Shown here: piece by piece, positions 50,992 through 64,000 of the stretch
How the letters are laid out: every line of letters begins with the position of its first letter
Position numbering within the stretch: position 1 is the first letter of the stretch
DNA from: the human T2T-CHM13v2.0 reference genome, Homo sapiens
Assembly: GCA_009914755.4 (NCBI GenBank)
Contig: CP068257.2
Location: 26,656,001 to 26,720,000 of the forward strand
Reading direction: 5' to 3'
DNA length: 64,000 bases
The notes under the pieces: generated by a model
The model's input: the letters and a program-made list of their open reading frames with translations, nothing else
Told to the model about the DNA's origin: nothing
Databases searched by the model: none
Position numbers and translations under genes: made by a program

Positions 50992-53844
50992 GACACTGGT
51001 TGGTTTGTTTTGTTTTGTTTGGAGCATTGAAACAATTGTCTTCCAACTATTAATCCATCATAGCAAGGTTAAAATGTTAATGCAACTATTATATTTAAAA
51101 ATTAGCATCCTGATGAAATTATAAACTTGACCACATTGCAATAGCACCAACAATGGATTACTCATCACACATAATGACCCATTTCAAATTTAAATGATAT
51201 TATTTAGTGCAATTGAATTAGAATGATCAAATTTCTATCTAGAGGACATATGTGATGACTTTATAGTAAATTGCCATAAAGACAGTAGGCAGTGACATGA
51301 GAAGAGGTCAAACAATTTAAAGTCCAAAAGATATAGGAACTAAAGATGACTTTGCACCCAAACTTCTTTCTATTTTCTTTTTACCTGCTCTTCATGCAAT
51401 ATATAGGAACAACTTAGGGTTGTAATGCAGTGCCTGGGAGTTCCTTTATATCACATTTAGTTGCTATGAGAGTTCCTGGATGAGAAAATCAGGGACAATC
51501 CAAACGGAGTGGACATGGAGCAGAGGCAGAGAACAGCACATCACAGTGAGAAGGGAATAAAGAAGAATAAAGTCAATGCAAATTTGGCACTTTCCAACCA
51601 TTTGTTTCTCCTTGTGACTTTTAAAAATCTTTTGCTAGGCTATCTTTAAGCTATAATTCGTAGTCTCAACAGAAGGCACAGAGTGAGTAGTATCCAGACC
51701 ACTACAACTCAAGGAAAGAAGACCTTTCTTTAATGGATAGCAATTTAAGACTACAAGAGTTCACCGTTTTTACCATCCTTGGAACAATATGTGTGCCCTA
51801 GGGAGAGATAATTACTTTTAAGAACTTCAAATCTAGCACCTTTCACCAACTTAATTCTTTGAAAATGTTAGAAAAACATGACTTTTTTTCCTCAAACTTG
51901 TTCTGAACTGACTTCAATGTTCCCACCCAGGGAGCAATTCAGGAAAGATTCTTCTTGCCAACCTTTCATGGCTAAATTTCTCAAGCATGACCTAGGTTAG
52001 AGTAAAGTTGCTTCAGTCTTGGGATGATTGCCCTTTTTCCATTTATCGGTTTTACATTTTTGTTTCATCTCTGCAGGAAAGCATTTGTGTGGCTGGGGGA
52101 TGAGGAAGTGTGCTTTTTGTGGGATTGCATGGTCTCCTAAACTATGATTTTGTCACTTTAAGATGAAAATGCTGACAGCTAGGGTGGAGAGTCAAAGAAA
52201 TAAAATTAACGCCCTTGTCTGGTGTTCAAAGTAATGATTTCATATGAGTGTTACAATGATTGTTCCATACTAGGATAAAGACTCATGCTGATGAATGACT
52301 TAATAACCTATGGTAACTATGTGAAGTTGTTTTATTAAAGATGGTGGCCTACTGATCTCTGTCTCTTCTGAAAACAAAATGAGGATAAAGAAGTACAAAC
52401 TATACCCACAGCAAGAGAGATATAACAGATATTCTGGATTTTCTAATTACAGTAGTTGTTATGAAAGAAATCAATTTCTAAAAAATTGTAAGTGATCTCT
52501 AGTAAGAAATCAGTCTCCCTTAGTGAAATAAAAATATACCTGAAAGTGGCTTCCCCCCGCACCCCCACCCCCGGCCCAATGGTAGCTGGCATGCTTCATG
52601 GGACCCAAGCCTATGACATTAAAATTGACCTCCATTGCATTAAGGGAAAAAGACTCTTCTTCCACTTGTTTGTGTATATAAGGACCTTGAGTTCCCCACA
52701 TTTATTTCAGAGTCAAGAAGCAAAAGATTAAGCACTGGACATTAGTTAAATAATGTAATGATTTTCAATAAAATTCACAGGTTACCCCAACAATCATGGG
52801 TTAACTGTGTCCTATAAGAGCATAGTAAAATCTACAATCTTTTCATTATATTTGGTAGCAAAGCATACTGCACGGCTATAACTTCTTCTCTGCCCTTGCT
52901 CAGCTACTTCCTCTCCTCCAGTTCCCCTTTGCCATCCATGACCAGCCATGCACATGCATGAACAGTCAGAGGAGGAACAGGGATGCTCTTCAGGAACCGT
53001 TATGAGAGCCCCTGAGTGTCTGAGAAATGCAATTGCCTCCACTGCACTCCAACTCCTACCAATAGCTCCTTTCCCCATTCTTTTTTGGAGGAAAAGCTAG
53101 GTTCCTAACTCCACTTCAATCAGTCACAACTCACTTCATCACATGTGTCCTGGATGAAGTTATAAAATCAGATATCCAATGAAGAGAAATGGTGCAGGTA
53201 TTAACTTTGGGCTGATTTCCGGTGGTATATTCTCAGATTCTTGCCTCATTTCCTCTACTGTTTTGTCATAGAATGTTAAGGGTTTTCTAGAGACAATAAA
53301 GCTGAAAGCAATAGAAAGAAATCTTGGCTGGAAAATGAAAAGAAAATAATCCTTCAATATTAAGATCCTTTAAAAGGAGATGAAGGAATTACATTAAATG
53401 GCAATTACAGTGCAGTAAGGAAATGACTCCAAGGCTGGTAAGCTCATCATGATTTTGGGGGAGAATTCATAGTAGAACAGGAAAAGGCAAAGCTTTGGAA
53501 CCAGAACAGAGCCCCCAATGCATTTGTGCCTGAGGGATGTCACTGGGGCAAAGGCCATTCATGTAGAGGTCTGTGAGAAGGCCATCACTGAGGCCTCTCC
53601 TGTCTCCAGTGGCCCTACCTTTCCAGTGTGACCCAATTCTCAAGACATCTAAGAATTATTATCATGGCCTATGAACATCTGACTAGATGTTTAATTTACT
53701 CAGTGGCTCCCATGAACCTCACAAGACCTCACAGTTGGGGTGCTAAGAAATGTTGGGAATGGAGGAAAAAAAAGTTATCATTTTTAGTTACTTGATAAAA
53801 GTTAATCACAATTCAGTTGGTAAATTCTCAATCATCATTGTTCA

Positions 53845-54229
<385 letters not shown>

Positions 54230-54249
54230 TTATTTATAGGTTTAATTTA

Positions 54250-54545
54250 TTACTTGAGTCTTCTCTTCCTTTGCTTCCCTTTCCTTTTCCTCCCTTCCTT
54301 CCTCCCTCCCTCCCTTCCTTCCTCCCTCCACCCTTCCTCCTTCCTTTCTTTCTCCCTCCCTCCCTCCCTCCTCCTTCTTCCTTCCTTCCTCCCTCCCTTT
54401 TTCTTCTCCTTCTCCTTCTCTTCCTCCTCTTCTTCTTCCTCCTCCTCCTCTTCCTCTTCTTCTCCTTCCTTCCTTCCTCTGTCCTTTCTCTCTCTTTCTC
54501 TCACTCTTCCTTTTTTTCTTTCTTTGTCTGTCCCCCTGACTTTAG
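54250..54545. repeat. Roughly 290-bp polypyrimidine (plus strand) / polypurine (minus strand) mirror-repeat tract, mostly (CTTCC)n, (CCTCCCT)n and (CTT)n
   Basis: About 290 nt consist almost entirely of C and T. A core stretch of about 200 nt (54276-54480) has a single purine. The tract generates the artefactual poly-Glu/Lys/Arg ORF at 54250-54564 (minus) and the poly-Ser/Pro/Leu ORFs at 54140-54594 (plus). Confidence 0.9.
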
Positions 54546-54774
54546 AGAAAAGAAACTGTATCATCTACGGTTGTGTTCTGTCATAAGAATTTGATAAATA
54601 TTTGTTGGGCTGAATGAAACTGAAGGTTGTAGAAGTCACTCTTAGATTCTTGGAAATATAGTTGCTCAACTGTAAAATAGTCATACTATCTTTTTCTTAG
54701 GGTTGCTGGACTAATTTTAATAATTTGCCATATATGTCTGGTAAATTTCATGCCCTCAGCTAAATGGTTGTTGA

Positions 54775-55120
<346 letters not shown>

Positions 55121-57394
55121 AATATCTGTATTATTATCACTACTACTAATAATAATTGAGCTCCTAGGTGGGCCTGGGGTAAACTTTATCTGCTGAAGGC
55201 TTGAAGTGATTGTGTTTGTCCTCCAAATACAGTCTAAATGATTTCAGTAAAGCAGATACCACTTCTTTTTTGCATTTTTTTTCTGTTCCAATTATGTTCT
55301 TGGTTATGCTTTGTCTGCCTTTTACTTCTTATAATTTTTTTTCAAGTTTTCTTAAGATGACTTCTCTCATTCTAATGGTTTTAATATTAAATTTCTAAAT
55401 CTGGTTTTAAAATGAAGCAGGATTACAAAACAGAGAAGAGAACATGTTTGCAGATTAAGCTGGTATTAGATTAATAAATAAAAACTTTTTAACATGGGAA
55501 TGCCACAATTTTGTGGCAGCTGGGGACAAATGTTTCTAGTGTTTTTTGTGGCAGGGAAATGCAATCAGTTCATATGGAAGATGAATTTAGTTTTTGGATG
55601 TTCCTCCTTGTAATTAATAATAAATCCTGGTAAAAATAATGAGAGGAAAACACGAAACAGAAGAAAAGAATCTCCAATCTGTGACTGGAGTGTAACTGTT
55701 TGGATAATAATTATTGCCACATTTTTTGTATCATTACGAAAGTAAAATATCAGACCAACATTCACATTGTTTTATAAAAGAAAAACAGGAACATCATTTT
55801 GTTCCTGATACTTGGCACTGACATTTCTACATATTATTAGAAGTAGCATTTGTCCCTTTACTGTAATGTTCTGTTTTGAACAGATTGATTTTGACATTCT
55901 AACAAATAACCAACATGTAGGCAATTGAATATTTTGATTTTTTCCCAAAGAATTAGTTAAAACTTACATATACCTTTGAAGAGTCATCAACTTTTAGGTA
56001 GCATTTAATTAAAGCAATGAGACCAGATGAAATTACTTAGGGAATAAACAGAAATGCATAGACATTTTTGTTTGTTCTTAGTTGCCAATCATTGAAAAAA
56101 TGATAAATTATCAGGCAAGGTAACTGGTGATCAGTTTCATTATCAAAGAGGAATAAACAACTATAGAAACCAAAGGGAAATTGTCATATGAAAGTAAAAA
56201 TCCTTTTGGGATTAGATAGAGGGCACTGGTCTAGTAAGATAAAGCAACCACTCAAAATGTTAGAGGTGATTTGAAAGCTTGGTATCCCTTGCTGAAGCCA
56301 AATTTACATATACAGTTGATTTTACTATTTATTGAAGTTTACTTTCCCAGGAGAAAAAAGAAAAAAAAATGAATTTTTCATTTTCTGTTCTTCTTAAATT
56401 AGGCAAATTCTGAATAGATTTATATTTTACTAGCTCACATTCTACTTAAAATGAACAAGTACAAATATATAACTTTATAACCCTATTTTCTGACTTTCTA
56501 CTCTAGTCTGGCTTTCTCCTCATGCTGACTGCTTCCAGATTAATAATCTCAGAGCAATTCCAGAAGTGCAGGGGAGTCACATTCTCTATTTAATGTGCAG
56601 CAAAATGCCAATAGACTCTATTTGCCTAAATAACCAAAAAGATATCTATAAATATGCATGCATAAAAATCCTATAAAAAATAAAAGTGTTAAAGAAGTAA
56701 GTCCAATCAATTGTAAAAGTGTTTGCTGTCGTTGTTTTGAAGAGTTTCTTTCTTAGGTCTTTGGAACTATTTCACTTTGTATGGGAAGACAGCCTGATTT
56801 TTCATTAGTAGAAATAGTAGTGGTATAAAAACAGTAGTAATAGAAAAGATAGCGTATGTAAATATACTATTTCCGAGTTTAAGAATTGGTGAAGTAGGTT
56901 AAGAAACACAGCCATGAATCTTTCAGGGGTCATGGCACAGAGCAAAGATAAGCATAGAGTAATATGGAGGTGTTGTCTTGACTGAGCCTCTATCTAACTG
57001 AATACATGCTATTCAGGTCCTTCAAATCAATTTCTGCATGTTTATTTAATACATATAAGTTGCTGTGGTTGGAGTGGCTTACTGGATCACAATTCTCATC
57101 TCATTCCTTCAATTTAATATGGCTGAGCCTAAGAAGGGTCACTTCTTAAACTATGTTTATTTCACTTGGGAAACTAAATTTGTACAATGTTTAGAGAATA
57201 TAGCTTTTCTCTGCTCCTCTCAGAAACTGAAGGTTTGTTCACTCACATTTTTGACAGTTGATGATCACTCTCTACTGAGAGTTTATCTGGGGCTACCAAG
57301 GAGAAAACCTACACATGGCCTCTGTGCTTTCTCACAAAATGGTAGCTGAGTTTCAGAGACAAATGTTCTGAGAAAGAAATAGTGATGGAAATAA

Positions 57395-57422
57395 AGGGAG
57401 AAGGAGAGAGAGAGAGAGAGAG
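57395..57422. repeat. (GA)n microsatellite
   Basis: 'gagagagagagagagagagag'. Confidence 0.85.
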
Positions 57423-60043
57423 AGTAGACAGAAGCCTTAGAAGTCATGCAACGTCACATCCACTGCATTCTATCCATCAAGCCAGCCGCAAATGCCACCA
57501 AAATGCAAGGGCATGAAAAATAGACTTTATGTCTTTATCAGAAGAGGCAGAATTCTGAAAAAGCATGTAGGCAATAGAATCTCTCATAATTGGTTTACTC
57601 GACATGCTGTCAGTATAGTTCCATGGAGGAATTTTGTTGTTGCTGTCCTTATTTTCTAAAGAGGTAAAGTTTTATCATGAAGAACAGAACTGATGAATGT
57701 GAAGGAAAGAAAGATAAAACAATTAATAAGCGTGTCCATATTTACATGTGTATTCAGGCTAAGTATGCGTTCCTTCAAAAGGCTCCTATTCACCGCTTGA
57801 AACTGCATGGGGAAATTGATTCATGGCTAAATATAAATAGCAGCTTCCATTTTAATATACAGTCTTCCTTGGGGTAACAGGAAATTGGCATGACTTCACA
57901 CATCAAATATTCTTTTTCCTCCCCTTCCTCCCTCTCCTCCCGCATCCCCTTCTCCTGCTTCTTCCTTTTTTCTCTTTTATAAAATAATTTTGCATTATCC
58001 TCCAAATAATAGTTATACCTCATCACACTCCGTGCCCACACTGTTTCTTCAGACTTTAGATTAAATCCAAAGACATAATGTAATGGCCAGTGATTGTCAA
58101 AGTGCAGAAAAGGTCTATCTAGGGAAGAATTCTCGATAGGAAGAAAATGTGGAACACTCTAATGGAAAGAGAGGAGAGTCAGACCTATTCTCACTCTCTT
58201 CCTTTTGGTGTGGACATATGGTAGGTGGACAGAGGGAACGATGCAAAACAAACACCAGCCCAGTGAGGAGGGAACTCAACGCTATTTGGGGAGCAGTTGT
58301 TGCTTTTTGTGGTATAGTTTAGAGAAATTTCAAGTAGTCATGTTTAGGTTTGGTTAGGAGAGATGACTAGATAGGTTATCTGGAGGGCTTTTCATGATCT
58401 TCACAGAATGAGTGGCACAGTAATTGGTGATATAAGATTCTATGTGCCCAGAATAAAGCACAGAAAACATGAGCAAGAAGAGGCCTCCAGGGGAGTCAGA
58501 GTTAAAAAGGCACAGTATTTAAAAATGTCACCACCAGTGGCAAATAGTTGAGTCCAAGGACTTCAGTAATGGGTATTGGAATGCTAACCACACAGCAGAT
58601 AGGGCCAGTCCTGCTTCACTAGTTGTGGGTTCAGGGACCAAACCAGAAAGTCCCTGCTTAGCAGAGACCAGCAAGATTCAGAAGACACCTCGTAGATCAG
58701 GGAACACTGCTATGGAGGTTCTCCCTTCCTGCACACATGTGGAGAGGAAGGGTGGAGGAGAAGAAAATCTAAACTCCTAAGCACTTGTACAAAGAAGACT
58801 GATACATCCAAAAGTATTATATAAACTGGAAGGGACTGTGATTCTATCAACTTCAGGTTGCAATTTAGGTTTTCCTGACCACTTATAAAGTACTGTTAAT
58901 GAGGATAATCAGATTGGTTGTAGTAAATTAAGAACAACAATATTTTGCCCATCTGAGTACATGCTCACCTAGCAAATGTGTGAGCCTTCCCCATTAGAGA
59001 ATCTTGAAAGCCTTATCATGAAAGAACAAATTTAGCTGACGTAAAAGAACAGAATGTCTTCCCTTAGGAAATGGAGGTCCAAGGTATTCAAATGGCCTGC
59101 TTACAAGTAGCAGAATAGAAATCAGCATTCAGGATGCCTGGCATCCCGTTCAGTTTTCCCTGCCACACCATGTCCCACATGCAGTCAGGTCTGCTTGTTC
59201 TCTAATGGAAAGTCAACGGAGGAATGAGTTCAGATGGGAAGGGAGAGACCAGATTAAAGGTGTGAAAGCCCAGAACACTAATTGGCAAACGTCAGTTAAT
59301 TTTTAAATATAATGTCTTCATCATTAAACACTTACTCTTCTCAAACCATGTGAAATCATTAAAGGATGTTACTGAGTCAACAGAAAAAAAGACAAGGTCC
59401 ATCTTGGATCATTTCACTGTTGGAGACTAAGCAGAAGTGAAAATCTCCTCTAACAAAATTAGCCACTCAAATCATCTAAATGAGCTCAACAATGTTATAC
59501 TAGATTACCTTTCAGAGTAATTAGACCACCCATGCCTGTCAATTTAAGGAGGCTACTTTCTGGAATGTGTTGAACTTGACATCATTCCCAAACTGGTAGA
59601 AAATGGAATAATGAGAATTACAGTTTTGATATCTTTTGTTTAGCCAAGTATGCTTTCTTCCACTAAGTGATCATAGCATTTCTTAATATTATAGATACTT
59701 CATTTTCTTTGTTCAACCCATTTTGTAACATGCTATGTTACTTTATTATTTTGAAAATTGTAGAATTGTGTCTATTCTTCTTAGGCATATTGGTCAAGCT
59801 GTAATTTTTTTTGGTTTAGCATAATTAGAAGTCTGGTATAAAAAAGTGTTTTAAAAACTATTACCTAAAAAAGAAAGTATGGGGCAGTGTAGCTTATGAG
59901 TAGGAAATTTCATTTGTTTGTGTGCACAAGTAAATATTTTCATGGTGAAGTCAGATGCATTTGCATGACCAAAGCTCTATTTGCATGTACAAATATGGGT
60001 TTCAAGTACCCAATACAATTAAATTACACAAACACATATGCTA

Positions 60044-60728
<685 letters not shown>

Positions 60729-62182
60729 TAAAATACTCATCCCTCTACCCTTGCAACTTATAGAAGTAAAAAACAATTTTTTAACTTGAAGAAATACTTT
60801 TAAAAGGCAAATATCCCACAAAATATTTACTTTAATTACAACACAAGCATAACACAGTTTTTAAGAAAGATTTTCAATTCCTCTAAGAAAGTTATATAGA
60901 AACCTATTAAACAGCTACAATTTTAGGTGCCAAACTCACCATGCTATTCCTAGAGAGAAGTAATAATTTTTTTGAAAGGTGGAGAAATTCTCGAAGGCCA
61001 TGGGAATCAATTTTAGGTGGACCCCCGCCAGGCCTGTGACTCTATCAACCCTTAAGATCCGCTACTTTGCTGGAAAACTCTTCCTATTTTCTCAAATGTG
61101 GCATTACAGGCAGTAACCATTATTGAATACTCAGAAAGGAAAGTAAATCTTCAAGTGGGAATATTTTTAAAATATGCCTAAAATGTGAATTTTAGAAAAA
61201 TAACTTTCCTCTCTTACAACTTTTCCTCATTAGTAGTATCTTTCCAAAGTTACCTTGTAAGTTAAATTAAGGTTTAAAAGTGCTTTTATAGTAACTTGAT
61301 CATGTTTTAAGAGGTTCAAAAACAATTATTTTATTAAGGCCTTGGAAATAGTTTAATAAATTCATGCCTAAAATTTTTTTAAATTTTTCTTTATTTTTTT
61401 CCTAATAACATTTTCTGGGCTAAAGGACTTCTCTCAAGTTCACATTCAATGATGTATATTGTTTGAATAAGTATATTCAGAAGTCTTCCAAAACAAGCAA
61501 TTGTGAAAATTTAGTAAGGCTTACTTGGGCCCAAAGTATGATTTTCTTCAGAGTAGTTTCTTATTCTTTTAGACTGTAAGCAATGGACATTATATGTATT
61601 TGCATTTATACTATATAAAAATGTATTTATACTATATATATAAAATATTCACTATAACATACATAAACACAAATATAATGAACATTTTATTTATATGTAG
61701 TATAAATTCACTATCACTATATGTATTATACATACAGTAGTATAAATTCATTGATATCATTCTCTATGAAATACTAAAAATTCTATTCAGCACATCAGGC
61801 TCATTCACCAAAAAAATGATTTTGTCATCATGAATTTCATAGCATTCACTCTGTACTAGGAGAGAGAGAGGGGTTGGAAGTCATGGGACTTCCTTTTAGG
61901 ACACTGAAACCTAGTTGTGAAGAAACATGCACAAAATGATCTATTACTTCCAAAATGTTATATCAAGATCTTAAATTGTACATCCCAACAAATGTAAATA
62001 AGTGATCCGATGTGAACGGCACTTGAAAGGGTTGATGTGGAGTTCACTGTCATTGTCAGAGTAGCACAGACTGGCAGAAGAAGACTTCAGGTGTTTAGAT
62101 AGAAGGAATGATCTCAGCAAAGGAAGAGAGGAGATTAGAACTCCTCAGCAGAAGCCAAAAAGCAGTCAGAAGTTGCTATAAG

Positions 62183-62510
62183 CTCCCACTTATAAGGCAG
62201 AACATGTGGTATTTCGTTTGCTGTTCCTGTGTTAGTTTGCTAAGGACAATGGCCTCTAGCTCCATCCATGTCCCTGCAAAGGACATGATTTTACACAAGA
62301 ACACATAGAGGGGAAGAACACACACTGGGGCCTTTCTGAGGGTGAAGAGTGGGAGGAGGGAGAGGATCAGGACAAACAACTAATGGGTGCTAGGCTTAAT
62401 ACCTGGGCAATGAAATAATCGGTACAACAAATGCCCATGACCAGCTTTACCTATGTAACAAAGCTACGCTGGTACCCCTGAACTTAAAATAAAAGTAAAA
62501 AAAAAAAAAA
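62183..62510 (+). mobile_element. Older L1 (L1PA/L1PB-like) 3' end with a 5' inverted segment: inverted ORF2 C-terminal piece (62183-62294) abutting the direct 3'UTR and poly-A (62295-62510), flanked by 14-bp TSD GAA(G/C)TTGC(T/C)ATAAG
   Basis: 'ctcccacttataaggcagaacatgtggtatttcgtttgctgttcctgtgttagtttgctaaggacaatggcctctagctccatccatgtccctgcaaaggacatgatt' is the antisense of the L1 ORF2 3' terminus. It is followed in sense by 'agaacacatagaggggaagaacacacactggggcc…ggtgctaggcttaatacctgggcaatg…cctatgtaacaaagctacgctggtacccctgaacttaaaataaaagtaaaaaaaaaaaaaa'. The flanks are 'gaagttgctataag' at 62169-62182 and 'gaacttgccataag' at 62511-62524. Confidence 0.7.
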
Positions 62511-63664
62511 GAACTTGCCATAAGCGTGTTAAAAGAGGAATAGAAATTGAGAATATGTAATACAAAAGAAAAATAGAGTCATGCCTACTGACCACATTCT
62601 GGGAGCCATCACACAAGCCAGCTCTGTTGGATTGATTAATTTTATGTAGCCACAGTGTGGCTAGAACCTTATCATGCATCTTATTATTCTTTTCACATAA
62701 CCTCACGCATATCTCACCATTGAGGACAACGGTGAGAACCAGTCTTGTCTTCATTCTAGAATTAGAGTAATAGGGACAACAAAAACAACAACAAAGTCAT
62801 GGAACATCTAACTGTCCTTCTATCTAAATGTCAACAAACAACTCTGATGTGTCATCCCCACCCCGCTTTACAGTGAATGTTGTCCCAATTATAGTTATGA
62901 TCTTTGTATTCTGGAAAATGCCAAAGGCTGATGCGCATAAAAGAAGAGGTCCATTCCAAAGAAGGCCAGGGAAAAAGGTATCGAGAGATGAGGAGAGCCT
63001 GGAAGATAAACCTTTTGGCCCAAATATAGCTTCCCATTCAAAGAAAGAATTCTACAGCGGTCAACGCTTCCATCTCCAAGACCTATTATGAGCACATTTA
63101 ACTTCTGGCCAGATTCCCAGCATTTCTGCTGTTCTTTGACTTTTCTACTGGTCCACAATGATGGAAATTCACACACAAAAGGATATGTAGAGTAAGAGTG
63201 CACAAATATGGGCATCTTCTATTCACCCATTGAAAGACAGGGTCCATTTCTGAAGGCATGCTTGCTATTTCCACCAAATAAAAGGAGTAGGAAACATAAA
63301 AGGTCTATTAGATCATCTTGTCAACTCTTTTTCTTAGTTTCGTCAACAGTCCAGGATGCTGTCAAATGAAACTCCTCACTTTAGGGCATCTCCAAGGATA
63401 AAGGCAAGGCACGCCTCTGGAATTTACATAGATTCCCAGTCTGCCAACCAGCTACAACAAGGTTCTATGATTCATGATTAGAAATGATGAAAGAAAGTAA
63501 CACTGTTTATCATCACATACCACCTCCCTGTGTTTCTTTCTCCCAGAATTAATAAATGCAATGACACTGAATTCACAAAAATATTGTATTTTTAAGCTTT
63601 CATATGCAATGATTCCTTTCATTGCTATTAATAAACAAGAGGACTCCTCCAGCTGAACTCTTTC

Positions 63665-63666
<2 letters not shown>

Positions 63667-63708
<42 letters not shown>
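63667..63708. repeat. (TG)n microsatellite, about 21 units
   Basis: Direct read. It produces the artefactual (TH)n ORF at 63452-63721 (minus). Confidence 0.9.
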
Positions 63709-63712
<4 letters not shown>

Positions 63713-64000
63713 ATCTGACAAGTTTGCTGTACTGTGCTAATGAGCCCTAACGGTTTTAACATAAGTCCTGCAGGGCTGGACTACTTGAGGCTTATTCCAT
63801 CATTGAAAAAAAATGCTCAAGCTTATGGCCATACTAGACGTTCAGATAGCTTGAAGTGAAATACAGTCTGTCAATCTGTTCAGTGTCATACCTATAATCA
63901 GAATGCTGGGAATGTGCACAAGTCCTTGTGCTTTTTCTTATGAATTGGAAGACTTTTCTTTCTTAAATAAAAGGAAACAGATCATGCAGCATGTTGAGTA

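Noticed and set aside
63452-63721. 89-aa minus-strand ORF containing (TH)n
   Set aside because: It is a translation artefact of the (TG)21 microsatellite.

Overview
This window reads as primate, most likely human, genomic DNA. It is AT-rich and CpG-poor, with no CpG island and no open reading frame I can defend as a cellular protein-coding exon. Nearly every six-frame ORF in the supplied track falls inside a transposable element or a low-complexity tract. The window is a mosaic of nested retroelements: a structurally complete ERV-L-like provirus with decayed gag-pro-pol, a full-length THE1/MST-class MaLR element, several MLT-like and THE1 solo LTRs, two old L1 elements, two young-looking L1 3' ends that each carry a 5' inverted segment, nine Alu insertions, and many microsatellites and low-complexity tracts. 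I found no CRISPR array, tRNA or rRNA gene, and no prokaryotic defense system, which is expected for primate DNA, nor any undescribed gene system of another kind. The more interesting observations are structural: an internal rearrangement inside the proviral pol, the two inverted L1 insertions 2 kb apart, an unexplained 125-bp duplication bracketing foreign DNA inside an L1, a roughly 290-bp polypyrimidine mirror tract between two Alus, and a GC-richer unclassified LTR-like block. All repeat-family names are assigned from memory of consensus sequences. I could not run RepeatMasker, Dfam or BLAST, so family-level calls should be treated as provisional.
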